DNA of 63,787 nucleotides, filler included, from an uncultured Methanosarcinales archaeon (lineage in GTDB: Archaea > Nanobdellota > Nanobdellia > Woesearchaeales > CAYZNE01): assembly GCA_964405295.1 (NCBI GenBank). It is 3 parts of 2 records of this genome, joined end to end, with 100 filler letters (N's around TTAATTAATTAA, not from the genome) between each part and the next. Parts side by side here need not be neighbours in the genome. Positions count along the whole stretch, not along the records: positions 46,653 to 63,787 come from CAYONI010000010.1; 2 more parts are not named here. One strand, 5' to 3'. The notes below the pieces were generated by a model. It saw only the letters and a list, made by a program, of their open reading frames with translations, was not told the DNA's origin and searched no databases. Position numbers and translations under genes: made by a program. Shown here piece after piece: positions 53,802 to 60,696 of the stretch (position 1 is its first letter; each line of letters starts with the position of its first letter).

Positions 53802-53852
53802 TTTCTTATGTTTTCCTTTTCATTATAGTCATTATGTAAACAACTATTTTTT

Positions 53853-53987
53853 TTATCTAAACCCTGTTGTTCTAGCAACAATAAAAGGACAACCACAAAG
53901 CGGACAATTCCTTTTAGTTCCTATTTCTTCTTTACTCCAAACTTTCCCACAATTAAAACAACGAATATTATACAGTGGATGATTCAT
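53853..53987 (-). CDS. Zinc-ribbon protein, 44 aa (not in ORF track)
   Basis: MNHPLYNIRCFNCGKVW...NCPLCG; ATGA overlap with the upstream gene. Confidence 0.7.
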   Translation of the reverse strand: MNHPLYNIRCFNCGKVWSKEEIGTKRNCPLCGCPFIVARTTGFR

Positions 53988-54175
53988 TTTCTCATTTTTC
54001 TTAAAGCTTTCCTTTTACATTTCTTACATATTAACTTAGCTAATTCTATTTGCAGTTGTTTAGGTTTAAAAACAATCCAAGACTTATGATTAGAAAGAAA
54101 CTCTGATGTTTTTCTTTTACATTCATCACAAAAACAATTCCCAAACTGCTCATTTATTTTTTCTTCATTCGTCAT
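53984..54175 (-). CDS. Small Cys-rich zinc-binding protein
   Basis: CFCDEC...CKKC. Confidence 0.65.
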   Translation of the reverse strand: MTNEEKINEQFGNCFCDECKRKTSEFLSNHKSWIVFKPKQLQIELAKLICKKCKRKALRKMRK

Positions 54176-54554
54176 ATTTAAACACCTTCTTATTTTCTTT
54201 TAAGTATGTTATCATATTTCTAATATCTTTAACACTTCCAAGAACATATAAACAAAAAGTAACACCCAACAAATTAGCAGAAACAAGAAAACCAGATAAC
54301 ATAAGCATAGGAATAAGTCCTATAAAAACACCCCACCCACAAAGATTAAAATATTGTTTATCACTTAATCCTACATAATCTTTGCTTTCTCCAACTAAAA
54401 AAGTCACACCAAACAAACCTTTTTTTTGAACATGTAACTTTACTTTTTTATCTAACATTTTTAAAAAATATAAATAATGTCCTAGCTCATGAAACCATAT
54501 TGATAAAGCAAGAACACCAATTAGCATTAAACTATAATAAACGAATAAAATCAT
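54165..54554 (-). CDS. Small membrane HExxH metallopeptidase (M50/zincin-like)
   Basis: WFHELGHY at the end of TM1; distal GSVKD as candidate third ligand. Confidence 0.65.
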   Translation of the reverse strand: MILFVYYSLMLIGVLALSIWFHELGHYLYFLKMLDKKVKLHVQKKGLFGVTFLVGESKDYVGLSDKQYFNLCGWGVFIGLIPMLMLSGFLVSANLLGVTFCLYVLGSVKDIRNMITYLKENKKVFKYDE

Positions 54555-54784
54555 TTTTTACCCCTAACTTTTTTTTTAAGTAATCTTATTTGCAGAACAT
54601 TATTAATCTTTAATTGAACAAGTATTTTTTCTAATACTTGTTCAATAGATAACCCTGCTAAAAAAATAACATAAACAAGTATTCCTATTCCAACATTACT
54701 ACCTAAACCAGCTATAAAACTACAACATAATAAAATAAAAATTTCTAAAATCATTATTACTTTTTCTTTATTTTTTTCTTTCAT
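54551..54784 (-). CDS. Small two-TM membrane protein
   Basis: MKEKNKEK then two hydrophobic helices; track ORF extends to 54868. Confidence 0.55.
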   Translation of the reverse strand: MKEKNKEKVIMILEIFILLCCSFIAGLGSNVGIGILVYVIFLAGLSIEQVLEKILVQLKINNVLQIRLLKKKVRGKK

Positions 54785-55064
54785 TCTTATTCTTCCCCCA
54801 ATGCATTTTAACTTTAATATTTTTAAGTTCCCCTTTCTTCCAAAACTTTTTATCAAGAGGTTTACCATAAATAATGCCTTCCATATGTCGAAGCATACTC
54901 ATAAAAACCGCTTTATGTTTTATTATCCTATAAATTGGAAACACAATTAAAAAAACCAGGATTAAACCAACCGTTATATATGTATTTATGTCAAATAGTA
55001 AGTCTATTAATGCCAAAACGCCCACAAAAAAAGCAAATATAACCCATTTATGCCACGTTTTCAT
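54768..55064 (-). CDS. Small two-TM membrane protein
   Basis: Two hydrophobic helices and a basic tail; follows the ATPase. Confidence 0.65.
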   Translation of the reverse strand: MKTWHKWVIFAFFVGVLALIDLLFDINTYITVGLILVFLIVFPIYRIIKHKAVFMSMLRHMEGIIYGKPLDKKFWKKGELKNIKVKMHWGKNKNERKK

Positions 55065-55067
55065 CGT

Positions 55068-55958
55068 TTAAGCCCCATTTGACGCCACATCATCAACAAT
55101 CTTGGAACTATCTTTATTAAGAGCCACTTCGTCATTTTTGAGCTTGTCAGACAAGTATGGACTCTTTTTAATTACTACACCACAAGATAAACAATACCAA
55201 ATACCCTGAGATTTAATATAACGCCAACTAGTATGAGGACAAAGAGCGGGTTTGAATTCTTTAGGTTTTTTAAGTTCTTCAATTTTTTTAGACTTTTTTT
55301 CATCAAACGGGTCAAAAGTCGCTTCTTCTTTTCTTCTTTCATACTCAACAAAATCAATAGGAAACTTAGAATAAAATCTAGCATCAAAAGAATAACTACT
55401 ATGACTCATAGCACCCAAATAACTATTTCTATATTTATCTTTCATTAAATTATATAAATATTCGGTTTGAGTCTGATTATAAAACTTCAAATAACCCCTT
55501 CTACTAAAACCTTTAGCATAAACATAAACACTAAACAAACACCTATTAACAAAATATTTTTGCATCATTAACAAATAAGGCAACAATATCAAAATTTTTA
55601 GTTTTTTTCGTCTAATCATAGTAAGTTTTGTAACAATAGCCCTACCCATATTACCCATTTGTTTATCAATACTAGCCCCCGTAATTGCTTCATCCCATAA
55701 AATAGCTTGTTCCGGCAAAGCATCATCACAACCTTTAATAAATTGCTCAGGAGTAAAAACAACCCTTTCAGCACAAAAAGTCTTATCCAAATACTTACAA
55801 GTTTGAACAGCAAAAGTAGTTTTTCCAGAACCCTCTTTACCAAAAACAATACCCAAACAATCCCAATTATTAGGTATTGCTTCTTCAAGTATTATATCCC
55901 AATTAATTTTTAATAACTTTTCAATATAATAAGTTTTTGGTATCTCTTTTTGTTCCAT
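55068..55958 (-). CDS. P-loop ATPase, Zot/pI-like candidate, with C-terminal zinc-binding motif
   Basis: GKEGSGKT, ILWDEA, CPH...WYCLSCG. Confidence 0.75.
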   Translation of the reverse strand: MEQKEIPKTYYIEKLLKINWDIILEEAIPNNWDCLGIVFGKEGSGKTTFAVQTCKYLDKTFCAERVVFTPEQFIKGCDDALPEQAILWDEAITGASIDKQMGNMGRAIVTKLTMIRRKKLKILILLPYLLMMQKYFVNRCLFSVYVYAKGFSRRGYLKFYNQTQTEYLYNLMKDKYRNSYLGAMSHSSYSFDARFYSKFPIDFVEYERRKEEATFDPFDEKKSKKIEELKKPKEFKPALCPHTSWRYIKSQGIWYCLSCGVVIKKSPYLSDKLKNDEVALNKDSSKIVDDVASNGA

Positions 55959-55959
55959 T

Positions 55960-56424
55960 TTAAAAACTATCCACCGCTCTCTCGCTCTTAAACTTTTTTT
56001 TAGGAAAAGGCATTAACAAACCATAAGTATATAACAATAAGTTTATCATTTTGCTTATTTCGTGCAATTCTTTTTCAGCAAACCCAATACTTTGAGATTG
56101 TAAACTTAAATCTTCTGTGCTACATTTAGAAAAAAAGTTTTGAACTTTAGCAAATTTTCCGTCTATTTCTTCTTCCAACTTATCGCATTCTGTTTCTTGC
56201 GAAACTTTCCAATAAATATTAGTCCAAACTTCATGCAATGCAGTAAACCATAAAAGCTGATTTCTTTCATAACGCGCAATACTACAACGCTCTAGTAAAT
56301 CATTAAGACGAAATAAATATAGAATAGCCATATTAAAATTTGAGTTTTCTGAATCAGACCCAAACTGTGCTTTCCAATGGTCTTTATAAGTTGTCCAAGT
56401 GCTACTAAACTGTTTATTATTCAA
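55960..56424 (-). CDS. Helical hypothetical protein
   Basis: Coupled to both neighbours. Confidence 0.65.
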   Translation of the reverse strand: MNNKQFSSTWTTYKDHWKAQFGSDSENSNFNMAILYLFRLNDLLERCSIARYERNQLLWFTALHEVWTNIYWKVSQETECDKLEEEIDGKFAKVQNFFSKCSTEDLSLQSQSIGFAEKELHEISKMINLLLYTYGLLMPFPKKKFKSERAVDSF

Positions 56425-57086
56425 TTTGGAACACCCCCTGAAGCTTCCCCATTTGCGCTATTAGATTCTATTCTTTGAATATCTTGTTTCATTTCTTGAA
56501 GTATTTGAGTTTGTTCAAGCGATATTTCTTGTTGTTGCAATTGCAATTCTTTTGCAGTAATAAAAGGTTTTGCTACATCTTCAATAAATACAGCCACTAA
56601 AATTATTAAAATTAATACTTGAACACCAACAACAATCATAGGCAAATTATCAGTCCAAGCTTTACCCCTTCTTTCTGCGCCTTTTTTGTATTGATTGAAC
56701 AGCATTACTCTCTGAGTGCTTGTTAAAGGTTGAAAATCCATAATATTATCAAAAGAGTTAGTTTTATCTTGTGAAAATATTATGTCCCCTGTTGAGCTTC
56801 TATAAGCTATAACGTAAAATTTACCTTTATTATCTATTTCTATAGATTCATTAGGCGGAACTTCCAACAAACATGAATCTTTCTTTTCTCCTAGAAGTTT
56901 CCAATAAACCCCGCCGTCTTTATCTTTATAGTCCTTAGCTTTATAATTCTTTATTCTTTTTCTACCGTTTATAACTTCTCGAATTTGAACTCTATGTTTA
57001 TAAGTAAATAGTTGAATAAACATAAAAGCTATAATACCAGCAAGTAAAACAAGAGTAAAAATCATAACAATCATCAAAATATCCAT
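56421..57086 (-). CDS. Two-TM membrane protein with C-terminal coiled coil
   Basis: N-terminal TM, second TM near residue 150-170, Q/E-rich tail. Confidence 0.7.
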   Translation of the reverse strand: MDILMIVMIFTLVLLAGIIAFMFIQLFTYKHRVQIREVINGRKRIKNYKAKDYKDKDGGVYWKLLGEKKDSCLLEVPPNESIEIDNKGKFYVIAYRSSTGDIIFSQDKTNSFDNIMDFQPLTSTQRVMLFNQYKKGAERRGKAWTDNLPMIVVGVQVLILIILVAVFIEDVAKPFITAKELQLQQQEISLEQTQILQEMKQDIQRIESNSANGEASGGVPN

Positions 57087-57114
57087 TTTTCTTATTTCCC
57101 CTCAATAATTAATA

Positions 57115-57372
57115 TTAAATCTGTTCACTGATAAAAACAAAACACGCAGTAGAAACCATAGCTAAAAGTGATAAATCTTTGCTTGAATAAGAATTGCATT
57201 CTTTCCATTCTCCAGTATTAACATCTTTATAGTTTTTAGTTATTGTAACACTATAAATGATTTTTTTCTCATTATCAACAAGTCTGGAATTAGCCCAAAT
57301 ACTACCTTTAACACCACCGAACATAATAACTTTTACAGGTTTGTTTTTTTTAACTTCTTTTTCATTTTCCAT
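57115..57372 (-). CDS. Small putative ssDNA-binding protein (PC4/Whirly-like pattern)
   Basis: KPV...GGVKGSIW.N...YSVTITKNYKD..GEWK..NSY...DL; downstream of the helicase. Confidence 0.5.
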   Translation of the reverse strand: MENEKEVKKNKPVKVIMFGGVKGSIWANSRLVDNEKKIIYSVTITKNYKDVNTGEWKECNSYSSKDLSLLAMVSTACFVFISEQI

Positions 57373-57410
57373 TTTTTTTTACCTCATTATTTTTTAAAAT
57401 TTTTGTTAAA

Positions 57411-57617
57411 TTACTTCAAATAAGTATCAACATCACAAATCATTTTTTCTTTACATGCAATCATATTACAAAACTTTTCATCACATTCTTTAAGACTTTT
57501 GCAATGCCTAAGCACTGCTAAACACTGTTTTAATTGATGAACTTCCCAAAAAAAAATATCATTACACATCTTTACACCCCTCGAACAAACTCCAACCCAA
57601 AGCATCAACACACCCAC
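57411..57617 (-). CDS. Small Cys-containing hypothetical protein (probable start 57569)
   Basis: MCNDIFF start overlaps the helicase stop region. Confidence 0.45.
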   Translation of the reverse strand: MGVLMLWVGVCSRGVKMCNDIFFWEVHQLKQCLAVLRHCKSLKECDEKFCNMIACKEKMICDVDTYLK

Positions 57618-59037
57618 TTTTAAATTTAATACCGAACCAGCATCTCTCTCTCTCTTGTGAATATTTAGTTTCTCTAATTTTCCTTTTTGCAGAAACGCCT
57701 TTTTGTGATAAAAACCAATGAATTTTTTTATCAGTAACGGGTTCTAAACCATTAGATAAACAATAATCGACATACACTTGGCGTAAATCAGATTTAGAAA
57801 TAGAAACGCCTTTATCTATTTCTAAATATTTTTCAAAGAAAACAACAAAGTTATTAGAATCTTTTAGCCAATCAATTCTAGTTTCTTCCGTTCCTTTAGT
57901 ATTACTAAAAATTTTATTATTTAACAATCTATGTAAACCAACCAAAGCCCAGTTAAGCAAACCAGAAAACTCATCAACACTTCTAATCTTATCAACAATA
58001 TCTGTATCTTTAATACAATATCCTTCTTTATTATCTAAAGAATCATACACGTTTTTATCTACAAACTTATTTCTAAAATAAAATACTATCCAACGACGAA
58101 AAAAACCATCACTTTCATCATAAGTTAAAGGTCTTTCATTACAACTAAAAATAAACTTAGAATAATTAACAAAAGACAAAGAAGTTAAAAATTTACGATT
58201 AGCCGTAACATAATCACGACCAGTTAATAATTTAAACATTTGAGTTTCTTTCAAAGCAGATTTAGAAAGTTCACCAGCCAAATTAACAAGCTTATTATGA
58301 AGCTCAATAATATTAAAATTGTTATAACCTTCTAATTGTTGTAAAGGAACACTAACGCAGTTATCAGGAGTTAAAAAAGACTGTAATAATTCCATTGTTT
58401 TACTTTTTCCATTACTCCCATCAGCCCTAAATAAGAAACTTTTTTCAGTGAAATTATCTTTCCATAAACAAAAACCAAATAACTCTTGCATAGCTGGAAT
58501 ATCATCTTCCTTCAATAAAGTTTTAAAAAACTTTTTAATATTAGGACAATCCTTTTCTTTATCATAAATCGCATTAACTTTGACAAAAAAGAAATAAGCC
58601 GGAGTAAAATCTTCTAACTCACCAGTTCTCAAATTAAGCAAACCATTGAGAACAGGAATCTTATCAATAGGAGAATTATTAAAAAAGTCTTTACTATTAA
58701 TATAAGTATCAGCAATTATTTTACTAACTACTTCATTAACTAAATAATTAGTAAACTTATCATCCAAAAACACCCTACAATACTCTTTAATATAAGTTTT
58801 TCCTTCGGGAACATAAATTCCTTCTTTATAAATCCAAATTTCCTCGCTAACATCAGAACGAATTGTAAAAAAGGTTTTTTTAGATTTTAAATGTTTAACC
58901 ATTAATTCTGTTGCTTCTCTTGGTTTTTTATCAATTAATAAATAAAATATTTCTATTTTTAGCTTCTCATTATCTTTATTCGGTTGCAAACTATCCAAAT
59001 AATCATTTTCAACATAACTCATTAATACCAACCTCAA
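57562..59037 (-). CDS. D5/P4-type SF3 helicase
   Basis: IPVLNGLLNL.TGEL..F.P, ADGSNGKS, FKLLTGRD, FSCN, GFFRRW and C-terminal wHTH. Confidence 0.9.
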   Translation of the reverse strand: MRLVLMSYVENDYLDSLQPNKDNEKLKIEIFYLLIDKKPREATELMVKHLKSKKTFFTIRSDVSEEIWIYKEGIYVPEGKTYIKEYCRVFLDDKFTNYLVNEVVSKIIADTYINSKDFFNNSPIDKIPVLNGLLNLRTGELEDFTPAYFFFVKVNAIYDKEKDCPNIKKFFKTLLKEDDIPAMQELFGFCLWKDNFTEKSFLFRADGSNGKSKTMELLQSFLTPDNCVSVPLQQLEGYNNFNIIELHNKLVNLAGELSKSALKETQMFKLLTGRDYVTANRKFLTSLSFVNYSKFIFSCNERPLTYDESDGFFRRWIVFYFRNKFVDKNVYDSLDNKEGYCIKDTDIVDKIRSVDEFSGLLNWALVGLHRLLNNKIFSNTKGTEETRIDWLKDSNNFVVFFEKYLEIDKGVSISKSDLRQVYVDYCLSNGLEPVTDKKIHWFLSQKGVSAKRKIRETKYSQERERCWFGIKFKSGCVDALGWSLFEGCKDV

Positions 59038-59527
59038 ACATTCTTTTTCCCGTTTTCCAATGTAAACTCCCTTCTAAAGCAATACATATTTTATCCGAAG
59101 CTTTCTGAAAATCACAATTATACTTTCTTATTACATTAGTTCTGAACTCTTTTCTTTCTTTAGGAATTAAAAAAAATAATCCTTTTTTAAATATATGAAC
59201 ATGATAACCATTACTAGTAGTATCAAAACATTTATATTTAATATTATTATTGTTTAAGTCTATTAAACATTCTTTAACTCTTTTTTTAACATCTTCTTTA
59301 GTTTCTCCAGTTTCTTTATCAAAATCTAAAACTACTTCATTATTTAATAAAGTTCTATGAGTCGCGTTTGCTATTTGTTTTTCTGTTGCATCTAAATAGT
59401 AAACCCATTTACTAAAAATTTTATTTCCTTTTTCATCAATCTTACTATTAGTAATTCTAAAATTTGTTGTTTGTTTACCAATAATGTAATAAAGATTACC
59501 TAAAAAATCATCATTGTTCTTGTTCAT
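59009..59527 (-). CDS. Stand-alone AEP primase catalytic domain
   Basis: NEVVLDFD, TSNGYHVH, distal D and H.KTG; start set at MNKNNDD. Confidence 0.75.
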   Translation of the reverse strand: MNKNNDDFLGNLYYIIGKQTTNFRITNSKIDEKGNKIFSKWVYYLDATEKQIANATHRTLLNNEVVLDFDKETGETKEDVKKRVKECLIDLNNNNIKYKCFDTTSNGYHVHIFKKGLFFLIPKERKEFRTNVIRKYNCDFQKASDKICIALEGSLHWKTGKRMFEVGINELC

Positions 59528-59669
59528 CTTTTTTTTCTTCTTGATCAACAATTTTAAATTCCATTTCTAAAAAAGAATTTTCAACTATGTTATTTTTTTC
59601 TGAAATATATTTAGGAATGCAAACATAAAGACTTTTCCCAAATCGTTTTACTCTATCAATTATTTTCAT
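59511..59669 (-). CDS. AbrB/MazE-like regulator, 52 aa (not in ORF track)
   Basis: MKIIDRVKRFGKSLYVCIPKYISEKNNI; GGGGT site upstream; first gene of the replication unit. Confidence 0.7.
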   Translation of the reverse strand: MKIIDRVKRFGKSLYVCIPKYISEKNNIVENSFLEMEFKIVDQEEKKDEQEQ

Positions 59670-59718
59670 TATTAAATACCCCCACTAAAAATTAGCATTA
59701 AATTTATTTAAAACTAAC

Positions 59719-59736
59719 TTTTATATAAAGGTTTCG
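59719..59736 (-). promoter_or_regulatory. BRE-TATA promoter of the replication unit
   Basis: CGAAACC-TTTATATAAAA on the minus strand. Confidence 0.65.
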
Positions 59737-59753
59737 ATTTTACTAAAGCCTAC

Positions 59754-59769
59754 CCTGGACATGTCCAGG
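59754..59769. repeat. Perfect 16-bp palindrome
   Basis: CCTGGACATGTCCAGG; CTGGAC recurs near 59837 and 59857. Confidence 0.85.
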
Positions 59770-59941
59770 ATTACACTACTTTTCAACCTATATAGAACTA
59801 TTCACTTTTCACCTTAGGGTGAGAATGGGGAGGAAGCTGGACTTTTTCCATTCTGCCTGGACTTTCAGTTTCTTATTGTGTTGTAGTGAATAGCTCTTTT
59901 TTGGTAGATTTTGATAGAAAATAATCTTTTTTTATTAAATA

Positions 59942-60028
59942 TTACCCCAAAAAATCAGAAGTCTTAATCACGATTTTTGGGGTAAAGGGGTGAGTCTTTT
60001 TGGTTAAAAAATAGAAAAAAAAAATAAA
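59942..60028 (-). terminator. Oligo-T tract and hairpin downstream of the capsid-like genes
   Basis: T runs directly after stop 60029; TTACCCCAAAAA/TTTTTGGGGTAA inverted repeat at 59942-59985. Confidence 0.55.
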
Positions 60029-60298
60029 TTATTGTTGTGCTCCCAGATATCTTACTAAAATCATTATAATTATTGCCGCGATTACAATAGTTATAATTGT
60101 TCCGAACTTTTCGGGAAATTTAGCAATTCCTGTTATAGCTTGAGCTGTTGCATTGTATTCTGAACTATTTTCTGTCATGCCTGTTTTTGCTTCACCCATT
60201 GCTTGTAAACCGTAAGCAATTCCTAAACCAGCAATAACAAAAACTAACGCTATAGGCCAAATGTCTTGTATGCTAAACTCGACAATTTGTTTTTCCAT
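60029..60298 (-). CDS. Candidate capsid protein, copy 2 (hydrophobic helical hairpin)
   Basis: 89 aa, two hydrophobic helices, loop sequons NSS and NAT. Confidence 0.7.
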   Translation of the reverse strand: MEKQIVEFSIQDIWPIALVFVIAGLGIAYGLQAMGEAKTGMTENSSEYNATAQAITGIAKFPEKFGTIITIVIAAIIIMILVRYLGAQQ

Positions 60299-60299
60299 T

Positions 60300-60569
60300 T
60301 TACTGCTTTGCTCCTAAATATCTTACTAAAATCATTATAATTATTGCAGCGATTACAATAGTTATAATTGTTCCGAATTTTTCGGGAAATTTAGCAATTC
60401 CTGTTATAGCTTGTCCTGTTGCATTGTATTCAACAGAATTAGTAGTCATGCCTGTTTTTGCTTCTCCCATTGCTTGTAAACCGTAAGCAATTCCTAGACC
60501 AGCAATAACGAATACTAATGCTATTGGCCAAATGTCTTGTATGTTAAATTCAACTATTTGTTTTTTCAT
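60300..60569 (-). CDS. Candidate capsid protein, copy 1 (hydrophobic helical hairpin)
   Basis: 89 aa, 83/89 identical to copy 2; AGGAG ribosome-binding site. Confidence 0.7.
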   Translation of the reverse strand: MKKQIVEFNIQDIWPIALVFVIAGLGIAYGLQAMGEAKTGMTTNSVEYNATGQAITGIAKFPEKFGTIITIVIAAIIIMILVRYLGAKQ

Positions 60570-60659
60570 TTTTGTATCAACTCCTAAATTATTTAATAAT
60601 ATGTTTATTTTATTTACTTATATTGCTTTTGTCCTTTATAGTCTAAATAGGATATTATA

Positions 60660-60677
60660 GAAAAGTTTATATATTTC
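60660..60677. promoter_or_regulatory. TATA box between divergent units
   Basis: GAAAAG-TTTATATA about 24 nt before ATG 60697; also reads TATATAAA on the minus strand. Confidence 0.55.
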
Positions 60678-60696
60678 AAAATACACGAGTATTATT

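Noticed and set aside
58395..58430. Apparently degenerate helicase Walker A (ADGSNGKS)
   Set aside because: It fits [AG]x4GK[ST], so it is canonical.
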